This document shows, in pieces, positions 52,081 through 64,000 of a stretch of DNA of 64,000 nucleotides. The stretch covers positions 50,222,001-50,286,000 of the forward strand of contig NW_024704743.1 in assembly GCF_018977255.1 (NCBI RefSeq). Reading direction: 5' to 3'. The translations under genes were made by a program, and so were the position numbers. Source of the stretch: Callorhinchus milii. Taxonomy: Eukaryota. The first letter of the stretch is position 1. Each line of letters begins with the position of its first letter. The notes under the pieces are model-generated. The model had not been told where the DNA came from, made no database searches, and was given only the letters and a program-made list of their open reading frames with translations.

Positions 52081-52755
52081 ATGGCATGAATAATGTCCAA
52101 TTTATCTTGCAGGATATTTCAGAACCTTTTTGAGATAATATGGAGAGATGCAGATTTATTTTCCTCTTCTTCCTTTGACCCTACTGAGCTTGTGCTCTCA
52201 ACAGCATTGTCTAGACTTAAGTTGGTTAGACTCCAGCAGTTACCCCCAATGCAAACTCTGGGGTCACCAAGCCTTGGTTTATGCCAACCAGCACCTAATA
52301 GTTTCTGGAATTAGGTAAGCAGGATACGTGCCTCCAGGGAGAGAGTCCGCATTCCATTCTGACACTCTATCTCTGGGATTGCCAATCGTAGGTGGAATGC
52401 ATGGAATTCTCAGTTCGGTTTGGATACTCTTAAACAGGAACAAAAAATAATCTAGACTAATGTTGAATTTAAGTGAGGAAAAACTGAATATTCCATCTTC
52501 ATCTGGCTATACGTGTGTGCTTTCTAATTCACCAAAAAGAACAGCTTTGGCAGGTTGCTTGCTCAATCCCTGATAGCTGTAGGTGTTTTGGCTTTGAAGA
52601 ATGGAGTCGGAGGTAAGAGAAGCTGTAATTGGAGAAAACTGAAAGGAAAGCCGTATGCTTTCAGTTGCGTTTAGACAAAAATGTTCTGCCAGCCTTCATT
52701 TTTAATGGTGGAATAATGTTTGTGACAAGTTCTGAATTGTGTTTTTTTATTTTAG

Positions 52756-52854
52756 AAATTCAAAGGGCTTCTGATTCACGAACTGAGCAAAGTTTTCCCT
52801 GAAGAAATGTCCAAATATCGAGCTATCCGGTGTGAAGATCATCCGCCTACGTAG
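52756..52854 (+). CDS. MED10: MED10 exon 4 (terminal)
   Basis: ttttag| acceptor; KFKGLLIHELSKVFPEEMSKYRAIRCEDHPPT*. The four exons sum to 408 nt = 135 aa + stop. Confidence 0.95.
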   Translation, partial: KFKGLLIHELSKVFPEEMSKYRAIRCEDHPPT

Positions 52855-52936
52855 CTGGACACGGCTGCTTCCTTGTTTGAAAATATACTGCCTTCACTTT
52901 CCAAGACGTGAACAGATGGGGCTCATTTAACTGAGG

Positions 52937-53205
52937 AATAAAGATTCTTAAATTCAGTGCTTCAAAAGAATGGCATTTTCCCTACTGGACAAGACTGGAA
53001 AACAACTGGGTATTAAGGAAGTAGTGACTTTCGTTTCAGATGTATTTTGATCGGATTGAATGGGATTGATTTAATGTATGTCTGTTGAGATGGATTGGTG
53101 TAATTCAATAAAACATAAATCTTCAGATACTTTTGTACAAATGCAAACAATGAATCCATTTTGTATGTTGCTGGTCATAGCACCATTTTTTTGTAATAAA
53201 ATAAA
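52937..53205 (+). terminator. MED10 candidate polyadenylation signals
   Basis: AATAAA at 52937, 53107 and overlapping copies at 53195/53200, all downstream of the stop codon. Confidence 0.55.
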
Positions 53206-54271
53206 TTCTTTGCTACCAAGATTCAAGGGATTTTGATTTTAATGATCCTTTATGCATCTGCTTTACAATTAGTTTGAAAAGTACATTAAGGGAAATTTTC
53301 GTATACAATGCCACTGTAGGTTTTCATTGAATTTTACCATTACAAGTTGCATTAAATAAAATAAGTGTAATTGTGTTTGCATCTCCACTATTTTAAAGAA
53401 AATGAATTCCCTTCCATGTTTACCATGCACTATTTGCCAATTTCCTTTATTATCTAGGTTACTACAGTTGAACTTCACTTTATAAATACCTCAACAATAT
53501 GGATAATTAACAGTTCAGCCACTTTTTCAAATTTTTTTTCTAAATTGAAATTAATGGTGAGAAATGGCTCAAATTGAGGGTCAAATGGGCTCTTAATATT
53601 GAACTTCCATTTGTATGTTCCCCACCTGATCCACTTCACCATCGGTGGAGGAGCTTTCAACCATTTGCCCTCACTCTCTGGACCTCCATCCTGGACTCCT
53701 TCTGCCTCTCTTCCCCCCACCTCCCCCTCCAACACACACAATCACTTTGTCCTCCCAAGTGGCACTATATTTATGTAAGTTGTGTAAGGTAAGCTGGAGC
53801 TTGCAAGGGAACAAGGGGTTGATTTGACATCCTGAACTACACAATCTAATCATTGAGATATTAATGTGGTTTAAATGCACTCTATCATGTGCTGGACAAA
53901 GGATAAAGCTTCAGAATTAATGAATGGTTTATGTTTTGTTTCATAGGGGCTCTTTTATCAGACTGGTTTACTGCGGTTTTGATTGTGGATGAGATTTTAA
54001 AAATTATGCATTTGTTTAATAATGAGCTGGAGAGGAGATATTTTTTGTGGAAGGGATTATTGTGTTAGATGAACTTTACTTTTGCTTGTGGTAGGTTTTT
54101 AATACCTGTTAATAGCAAAAAAAGTCTCACTAAAATTTAAATTTATCACCACATGTATGCCACCTATTAATAAAGAAATTTGCTTCAAGGGTAAAGCACA
54201 TCTCAGGGTTCAGAATAATGTTGATAAACTACTTGAGTCAGCCACTCTGCCCTCACCATTTCGAACAGCAT

Positions 54272-54489
54272 CCTGCAGTCCTTCCGCCTCACCCCCTCCC
54301 TTGCCTCCTACAAGGCTCGTCTCAAGACCCTCTTCTTCGACCGTGCCTTCGGTCACCCTCCTTTTCTCTCCCATGTCCTCCACCCTCCCCTATCCCAATC
54401 CCCAGCTCGGGTCCGAAACACTGATTGACCAGCGCCTTGGGACATCCTCCCGACGTGAAAGGCGCTACACAAATGTAATTTTGTTGTTG
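54272..54489 (+). mobile_element. L2 3' end (more degraded L2 ends at about 53600-53785, 59400-59740, 62170-62772 and, minus strand, 33980-34190)
   Basis: Closely matches the 3' UTR and tail of the 45129-46024 copy. Confidence 0.8.
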
Positions 54490-55864
54490 AGTCGTCCGTG
54501 CAGTTTATGATGTCACTTAAGTCTTTGATGTGTTATTGTTTTGTAAACACTATTCCCAACTGTAGGTGAAAGTTGGTTCTGAAATGTGGAATTGGATACT
54601 TAATATAATCTTTGTAGATAGACGTAAAGTCTAATATTTCTTCTATAGCAGCATTCTACATTGATGAAAACACCCACATAGAGGAATACATTATCCACAG
54701 TTATTGTGGTTTCTACAATGCATTTCCTGATCAAACTGATTTACATGCCAGAACTGCATAATCCCTTCTAGAAATCATCTAACTTAAAAATTTTAAGAAA
54801 TGCTTAATTTTGCATATGTGCAATGTCTTGTATGGATCATTTTTCCCTCACTCACATTACATAATTTAATTTACTAAATAAAATGAATCATTAGAAATTA
54901 CTATTTATTCCAATTGTTTTTACTTTAATTGCGTGCAGAATGTTGCGTTGAAATGGGCTTCCTAAAGGTGACCTGATAATAAATGCTAAACCGAGCAGAG
55001 AAAAGCGTGCGGGAGAAACCTTGCATATTACAAAAATGTGATTGAAAATAGAAGTGAAATGACAAAGTGCATTATACAACAGTGAACAGTTTATAATAAG
55101 TTTTAAATGGTTGAAATTGGGAGAAAAATGTAAGTAGCTTCAGGCTCGGACTCCAGACGTCCATCATAACTAATGATTTATCTCTGCAAAATGGTTTGTC
55201 ATTTTCTAGAATTCAGCTGTGCAGCATGGCTGATAAGTTTACTGGGTTTATTTATGCGGCACAACCACTTATGTCACCAAAGAAAGATGATTCATTTCGG
55301 GTGACCTAAACTGTATGGGTAAAAATGCAAGGAATTGTTTATAACCTTCAGATTTAATGAATAGTCTGGCTTTTGTTCTGTTTCACAGGGGCTCTTTTTA
55401 AAACTTGTTTTGATTGTGCATCAGATTAGGATTTTGTACGTTTAATAATGGTGAGTGGGCCTGTTCATGAATATTGAATAATGAAAATGAAAGGATGATT
55501 GTATTTCAGCACGATACAATTTAGTGCTTATTTTAATGCATTAATCATTTTTTCATATGTTTGAAGAGATTGCAAGGATAAGGAGAGCTAGTTGATTATT
55601 TTATGTATCTTATCTATTCTGGGATCAGGATAGTTGGAAGCGGGTCATCTACATGGGTAAAAACATATATNAAAAAAATCAAGTGCACAGAGGCAGAAAA
55701 AGCATCATAATAATCTGGATTTCGTAGCGTTTTTCACATTTGGGGAAAATATCAATTATAAATGCCAAAACGCTTTATGGAGAGTATTAGGCTCATGTTG
55801 GCAAAAGCCAAGGCTTAGGGACCCCAGCGTGTGCATAGTGGTTTGCTGGAGCCCCCCTGGCTGT

Positions 55865-56737
55865 GGTGTCATCTGTATGGGGTTAACTTCACATATATAT
55901 GGATGACACCCAACTCTTTATCTCTCTGCCTCTACCCTCGACTCCAGGACCGATCCTATCCTGACAGAGTGTCTGACAGACATCAAGTCCTGGATGAGAG
56001 CTAACTTTCTACTGTTGAACGTTAACAAGACCGAGGCTCTCCTGATTGGCACCCGCCAGCGCCTCCACACCACAGGAGCTGACAGCATCGCTATTCATGG
56101 ATAACACAACACCTCACTGAGCCAGTCCGGAACCTTGGTGTCTCGTTCAACTCTCAGCTGTCTTTTAAACCTGTGCCATAACCTGTTCTGCCTTCCCCTA
56201 CCTTCCCAATGTTGCCCGCCTCTGCAACTACCTCTCCTCTCAGGCTGCCGAGACTCTCATCCACACTGTAAGTTGACTAGGCTTGACTACGCCAACTCCC
56301 CGCTCGCTGGTCTTCCCAACTCCTCCTTCCACAAGCTGTAGATTATTCAGAACTCTGCAGTTCGTGTCCTCTCTCACATGAAGGTCAGTGAGCTGATCAC
56401 TCCTATCCTCACCTGGCTTCACTAGCTCCCCGTCCCCCAGAGGATCGAGTTTAAAATTCTTCTCACCTTGAAAGCCCTCCATGGTCTTGCTCTGCCCTAT
56501 CTGTGAGTCCTAAAACCCTACTAATCTGTCTGCTCCTTCTGCTCGGTGGGCACTGGCCTGCTCCATATCCCATCCCCTGCCCGCTCCACCATTGGAAGTT
56601 GGGTCTTTAGCCTTTCTGCCCCCACCCATGGAGCCCCTCTGCTTTGCCTCCTTCAACGCCCAGCGCCTTGGGATATCCTCCCAAAGTGAAAGGTGCTTTA
56701 TAAATGCAATTTGTTGTTGTTTGATGCTGTTGTTGTT
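55865..56737 (+). mobile_element. L2-clade LINE 3' fragment
   Basis: YMDDTQL (YADD-like), DIKSWMRANF and RLDYANSPLAGLP motifs; (ttg)n tail. Confidence 0.9.
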
Positions 56738-59700
56738 GGAGTCTAACTAGCTAAAATCGCATAGCTTGTCATTGAGAGCACTGCCTGGCAAGGTTTCCCC
56801 CTTGTTTGTCCAGTTAGGTTAACAGGAGTTGAGTGGGAGGATTCCCTGGAATTAGTGACTGGTCTGTCCTTTCAAGTCTGCCGATGAGCTGTGCTGTCAT
56901 CAACAGTGCCCTGGAATACTGCAGACCCTCCTGGCTCAGGAACTGGACTACTGAGACCACCAAAGAGGGTGGACTGGGTTCCAACATTCCATTGCTAAAC
57001 ATGTCACTTTGGAGTCAGTTCAGTTACAAGGAGACTAGCTTTCCTCCACTACCCCCACAAGCAGGACAGTAAAATGTTAGTACCTCAAAAACCTTCATAA
57101 GTACTTATTGTCAAGTGATGTGACAGTATTTTGTGAGCAAAAGCAGCAGCCAATTTGCACACAATGTCCCCAAAACAGCCCTGAAGTGAATGACCAATTT
57201 AGCTTATAATTGTTAAAGATTCAATTCACCTGCTCAAAGACTAACCAAAGTATGCAATTTCAAATCCTAGAAAGAACTTCCATTTTACAGCAAGTTATCA
57301 CATCAAAATAATTCAAAGCGCTTTATAAATAATTACAGTCATGGCTCAATTAGTCTTTTGTAGGTAAACACAGCAACTATTTGTGCTATCAATATCCCAC
57401 AGTGAAGTGAATGACCAATTTATCTGAACAAATTTTGTGCCAGGGAACTGTAAAAACCTACCTCATTTACTGCATATCTGTGCTATTTTATTTCAAAATG
57501 TTTCATAAACTAATTATAACTAAATATACAACAACGACACCTTGCACTTACATAGCGCCCTCCACGCAGGGTAGCGTCTCAGAGTGCTTAAATTGTATGG
57601 ATCAATAGCAGAATAAATCAGTTTGTAAGTAGCAATGCTTAGTGAAGCTTAGTGAATACTTACTTTAGAGCTCTGGGATCCTGTCTAGCGTAAAGAGCGT
57701 GACATAAATGCAAGTTGTTGTTGTTGAACACTTGTGATGAGTCAACTGATGCACCAAAGACACATAATGCAGTGATGAACTCAGCTAAAGATCATAATAA
57801 GGTTTAAAAGTGAGCAATTTTTAAAGGGATTCTGTAAGAAAGGAAATACAATACAAAATAATACAATGTACATTTAGACAACTTTCACGTTGTCGGGGGT
57901 GGGTGGGGGAGTCTCAAAGTGTTTGAAACTGGAAGTACCTTATTGCAACATGTGAGAAATACAATCGGTTTTTGGAGTGGAGTTCCCATGTGACTTATGT
58001 GACCTGCTTCTGGTGCCCCACTCGGTGACTTTATTAAGGAATCCAAATAGAAATCATTCCATTTTAGATGCCAATGGTAATATACCCACTGAGGGCAAAG
58101 CTAATCTTGATTTACTTGATTGGCAATTTGATTGTGGGCAGGTTCTTGAAAACGTGCAGCACAAGTAAAACACACCAGAATTCAATGCTTTATGAAAACA
58201 AACTGCTTTATTGCTGCTAATGCTACTGGACTGCACCAGCCTGTTTATGAAGCATCAAGTCCCATTATATACCCCTATATGTATTTGATGTGCAACACAT
58301 TGTTGCCATGAAGCTATTATAATTAGATGTTTATTTCAGCAGAATTAAGAACCAAAGAATCCCTGAAGCAGAATACAAAACATAATATACTTGCACCAAG
58401 GAATTGTAAATCTGATAATAATGAAAAAGGTGCATTGGACACCATTGACTGGAAAACATTTTTGAAGTACCGTTAGCATTCCTTTATATGAATAGCAAAA
58501 ATTTAAGCCTTAAGAGAGAAATCAACATTCTTAACATTAATAGGCATTGTGGAGGACTAATTCATTTACATAAACTGTAATTATAACTGCATATGTTATC
58601 TTATGATTCATGAGATGTAAATAGGTAAGAAATTATGCACTGATTTGTCAAATCTCTTATGAGTCCAGCTATGCATATTTAACAGAAAATTATTCAAATG
58701 AATACAGTTATATTTCAAAATACTTCAATTCAAAGTGCCAATAAATAACATAATAGAACTCCACTTTGTGATTGGATGGTCAGTGGGTGGGATGATATTT
58801 GTGAAATATTGTTTCAGGCGCAATGAGCTAAGTACATCCAGCACTTGAATTTTTTATGTGTGAAGTGTCAAGGAGTCCCAATATTTTGTAATCTGTCAGT
58901 ATCTCTACCATGGGGGAGTGCAACATGATAACTCACTAGTGACAGTGTTCCACGTCAACTGCAAAGGTTTTCTTTGCGAGTACTGTAAATTCTGCAGTCC
59001 TCAGCTCCCCCACTTCATCATCGTATCTGAAGAACCTGTAGTATATTCTGTGAAGCACTTTGAGACGTCTAGAAGACGTGAAATGGGCTATATCAAATGC
59101 AAGGATTATTATTATTATTTTATCTTACTAAATATTGCAAAGGAAGTATTAAATTAATTTTGGAAATGTTGAAATATGTCCTAAACATTTGCTACCAGAT
59201 ATGTGCCATTAAAATAAATCAGTGTACAGTCTGTATGCTGCCAAGTTCCTAACATATTAACTTTTCATTGCATTTCTTTGTGATCTTTAATTATTGAATA
59301 TGCTTTGTTCCCTCCATTCTTGTTCCCTCCTCCCATGAAACCTGATTCCCGGATAGAAATCAGGAGCAGGAACTTTGGCAGATTTTTTTTCCCTTTAAAA
59401 GCACAGGCCCACCCTGCCTATGCAACCTCCTCAAGTGGTACAAACCCAACTGCTCCCTTTCCTCAGTAGCACCAGCTTGCTTCATGTCCCCCATTCTACC
59501 CACCCATTGATCATCAGCCTATCTGCCCCCTTATCTGGAACTCCATCCTGGAGCCCCTTCCCTTACTTCTTTCAAGGACCCTCTCAAGACCTTCCTCTTT
59601 GACCACAACTTTTAGACGTCTTTCCCCTCCCCAACCCCTCAACTCCCACATGCAGCTCAGGTGCCAAACCAGCACTGTCCATATCTTGGGACTTGCTCCT

Positions 59701-61461
59701 AATATGAAAAGGCGCTATATAAATATAAATTTGTGTTATATTGTAATATATATTGTTTATTGTGGTGTTGTGGATCTGCTATGAGATAGAGCAGTGTGCT
59801 CTGCTCTATCTCATAGCAGAGAGACAGCGTTCACACTGAAGGGTAAATAAATTGTGACAGTGTTGCTGTGAATTTATCAAGACAATATTTGTAACTTCCC
59901 TCGGTGGTGTGTTATAAATGATACAAATCTAGAAGGCACTTGGTTTGCTCCCCTGCTGCTTTATTTCGGCTGAGGTACCAGTGGGGCTACTAAAATTAGT
60001 TTCAGTGTCTCAGGTCATAGAAGGGGAAATATCAGCCATGATCTCTGCTCAAAATCTGTGTAGGTCAGAGGAGGGCAGAATTGGGCACAGCTGTGATGTC
60101 CCCACAATTGTAACTCGATATTTAGGTTCAAACATGAAGAATGGCTCTCTTGGGCCAGAGACCACAGAGCAGCTGGTATCCATGGAATCATATCCCAACA
60201 TCAGCCCGTGCTTGCAACGGGGTGGGGGGAAGCACTGTAAACCTATGTAATAACTTGCATATCTTCTGCTGGCCTGAACAGATCTAATTTAGAGCGATCG
60301 TTATGTGCCATATAGTCTTAAGTGAGCAGACTCATGATGTGCCCTATGACCATAAAGGAGAAAAGTAATTTAATATTAAGGGAATGAGCCTTGGAAAGCC
60401 ACCTAGTCTTAGTCTGTGAGAAAATTTTCCTTAAAATCTGACACCTGCAGTTTTTAAAAAGAATTGGTTTCTAAATTAAATACTGTATTTTCCACAATTC
60501 TCTGAGATCATAAATATTGAAACAAAATGGTCTTTAGGTTAAGGATTTTCATGGCTTAGTGTTATTTATGGCCCCATATTTTTGAGTTACTTTCTCTCCT
60601 TCTTTACAGTCACAGCACACATCACGGGACATTGTTGTGCCCGAACTGGCTGCCACGTTCGCTCACAAAATACAGCATATTTTGTGAAGCACTTGAAATA
60701 CTTGAAGACATCTCTATATGAAATGCAAGGATTATTATTATTATTTAGTCTAGGTGCAGTTTCTGGGCTCACCAGAACTCTTGACAATTAAAATTTACTC
60801 TTTAAGATGTCACAAAGTCTGTGCAATATTTCATCCATAAAAAGATAAGTATGTTGTATTGTAATTTTGCTGTGGCAAATGCAGGACTCTGCTTTAAATG
60901 CCTGCCATTTAACAAATAATACAACATTATTACATAGCATGCTCAGGTTTTATTTATATGATAAAATAACCATTCCATGTAAGTCAGAAACACTATGTTG
61001 AATGGCGATTACTTTTGTTTGGGCGTCTCACAAGGAATGTATTTATTGCATCATTATAAAGTGCTTTTACAGCTATAGATAAAAAATGTTTGGTATTATT
61101 TTTGGAGACTGCAGTGATTCCTAATGTTTATAATGTCAAGAAACCTCTTGTTAACATTTCAAGAAAAATTATTTACAACCAGTTATTCGGACCACATAGG
61201 GAGAGATAGATGGCTTCTACGTCTTCACAACAATTGAACACATGGTAATTATGCTTCCAACTGCAAGTGCCAGACTGTTCCAGATCTAGCTTTTTTTGAT
61301 TATTCTAGCCCTAGTGTGTTGCAGCCAATAGAGGAGATTGCAAAGATGAATTTGGTGAAAGGATAGAAAATGCCACATGTATTGTGGTAGGAAAATAAGA
61401 TGCTGGATTTGCAAATGATTTACTTACTAATAGGTTCAGTTGGAAACCTCTAGGTTATCAG

Positions 61462-61776
61462 ATAATAATCCTTGCATTTGATATAGCGCTTTTCACGTCA
61501 GGAGGACGTCCCAAAGCGCTTCATAGAACACACTGTAAAGTGAATTGACTGTATATTTGTGGGCGAACGCGGCAGCCAATTGCGCACAGCAATGTCCCAC
61601 AAACAGTCGTAGATTGAAAATGACCAATTTATTATTGTTTTTGTTTTTTGGAGGGATTATTATTAGGCGTGTGGAGTAAGGAAACTTGCCCAAGGTTTCG
61701 CCCTGACCTGCCTGGAATTGAACTCAGGTCTCTCACTTGCAAAGCGAGTGCTCTAACCACTGAGCTACAGGACTCC
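61462..61776 (-). mobile_element. tRNA-headed SINE, short (internal deletion) form
   Basis: Head GGAGTCCTGTAGCTCAGTGGTTAGAGCACTCGCTTTGCAAGTGAGAGACCTGAGTTCAATTCC, with a TGC anticodon-like loop; CpGs retained. Confidence 0.88.
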
Positions 61777-64000
61777 ACAAAGATCCCACAAAGTTCATAA
61801 CAATATATGTACTGTGGGATATCATTACAAGCAGCACAGACTGAAAGCTAGAGTCATTGCTAGATTACTTTAATGTATTCTCTTCCAAAGAGCAGCACAC
61901 GTACAATCCCACCTAAGTTTTGGCTCAGTGGATATGATCTCATTCCTTTAAACCTGCAGAATATCCCTGGCTATTGCTTTCTTTATACTAATGGTGTCTC
62001 TTTTCTGTTCCTATTTCAGACTTTGACATATCTTATTCATTCCCTGAGTCCAGCTCCTTTGTTGGCTTCATGCTTTTCAAATTCTGTTGTCTCATCCCTG
62101 CGCATCCACAAACTCTCCAAACTGTGTGTAACATTCCCAGATTTCCTTTCTCCCTCTTATCTAATCCCCCTCACCAAGACCTTAACCTTCGCCACAATGC
62201 TTGCCTCTGCCTCTATTCCACACTCACTGCTACTGAAATGCTTATTTAACCTTTGTCACACCCTGTTTAGACTTTTCCAATTCATTCTTTGCTGGTCTCC
62301 CTAGCTCCACCATTCACAACCTGCAACTCATCCAAAACTCTGCCACCTGCATCCTCACCTACCTAAACTCTGCATATACACCATCTCAGTCCTTGCCAGT
62401 CTTCACTGTCTCCCGGCAAATCAATTTCACTTAAAAATCCATCCCTGGTCTCCCTTATCTCTCAGATTTTCTCTTACGCTACTTCTCCATTTGGCCTCTC
62501 CACTCAGCTAACTTGGACTTGCTGCTAGTCACATGTCCTTTCCAGGCCACCATCAGTGCTCTAATTATCATTTGCTACACTACAAACTTCTGGAATGGCC
62601 TCAATTTACCACTCAGTTTCATCTCCTCTATTTTTGTCTTTACCCTGCCTCTTTATGAATACATCTATGGCCACATCCCTCTCCCCTTTGCTTGATGTTC
62701 AGCCCCTGTGAAGTGCTTTCAGGTGTCCATCATCCTACATGAAGGATGCTAATAAATGCCAGATGTTGTTGTTTTTGACTCACAATTATTTATATTAGAT
62801 ACACACTACAGAAATCTAAGGGGTACAGCAGTGGAACATCAATGTTAGCAACAACAGAAAACTGGCATAGCATTGGTCATTATTGTTAACACCTTAAAAA
62901 TGCCACAAGTTACAGAATAATAGAAAAAGGATTGAACTTTTCAAACTGCAGTATGAGGTATAAATGGCAGCACTAGTATTGCACTATTGGCCAGTTACAG
63001 CAACATTTTCACTGTGCAATTGTTTCCTAGCACACTTACAATATCTAATTGTTATAACACATGGGATTCATTGTTACGTATTCCAGGAAACATTTATTGC
63101 AGCTCACAAACAGTGTCAATATCTTGCAATCCAACAATATAATCCTAATTAAAGTCACAGGACACCGAGATAATATATTTGAGGCCTAAAAAGCTGATAA
63201 CTCATCTTTCCACCTCCAGAGAAAGGATGTCAGTATCATATCACCGGAATCTGCTGGTAAGTCTAATTGCTGTCTGTTTCAGTTAGAAAATACTGTATAC
63301 TGTATTAATATAGGTGTATAGTATTCAATAACATACCTAATCACAGTGAGGAGGGTTGGGGGTGGAGAAATAAGATGTTTCACAACAGATAAAATGTGAT
63401 GATCAGATTAATTTTGATTAATTTTGTCCCAAAACATTGCATTTTGACTAATATTTAACAGTCTTACAAATCCTTCCTCAAACAATGTCCTCATCCGTTT
63501 GTTTCTCAATTTTTGTCTAAATTTAATTTGAAGTAATGAATGAATGAGCTTTCCTGTTATGTTCCAAGGCAGACTGGAGGCACCACGTCTGTACATCATA
63601 GGGCACAGTTGTACACCCCAAACTGTCTCATATGTCTCCTTATTGAGGTTTTACCAAATTGCTTCAAAATGATTGTAACATACCTGAAAGGAAGGGACAA
63701 CGGGCTTTACATGGGGAGTATGCACCAGTCTTTTCCCCCTCCCAGAATACAGGGTCTGGGACCTGCTCTGGTCGACGTGCTATTATCGATGTGGAAGGAC
63801 TATATGCACATTGGACAGATGCTGTTCCATTAGTCTGTTCTCCCAAGCATGTTGATTGAGACTTGCCTGCTTTAATAGCTACTTCAAAATGTTGACGCCA
63901 CCATGCAGTCTGATTATAATGAGCTGCACAGGAACAAGACAGTGTTGCATAATGTTATGCAATTTGGATAGGCACAGTTGGTGCACCAGATTGTCCTTCT

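Noticed and set aside
61705..61776. tRNA-Ala(TGC)-like sequence
   Set aside because: No proper acceptor stem; it is the head of a multi-copy SINE.

Overview
Eukaryotic vertebrate genomic DNA, not microbial. The repeat content (CR1 and L2 LINEs, SacSINE1-like DeuSINEs) suggests a cartilaginous fish, probably a shark; this is an inference. Two intact protein-coding genes are transcribed divergently with about 20.6 kb between start codons. UBE2QL1 is on the minus strand (2 coding exons, 24021-23221 and 3383-3252; 310 aa with a 149-aa polyQ-containing N-terminal extension). MED10 is on the plus strand (4 exons, 44656-52854; 135 aa). Both 5' ends are CpG-rich and surrounded by G-rich minisatellites and microsatellites; a 25-N gap lies at 24723-24747. 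The rest is intron or intergenic DNA filled with truncated CR1 and L2 LINEs, at least three SINE families, a probable L1 ORF1 remnant and a MITE. I found no novel multi-gene or enzymatic system. The best leads are an apparently chimeric tRNA/CORE-like/Deu/L2-tail SINE with a young deletion subfamily, the UBE2QL1 polyQ extension, a three-layer nested insertion, a weak-to-strong substitution signature near the UBE2QL1 promoter, and a perfect 20-bp hairpin. All family names come from recalled consensus sequences, not database searches, and repeat boundaries are approximate.
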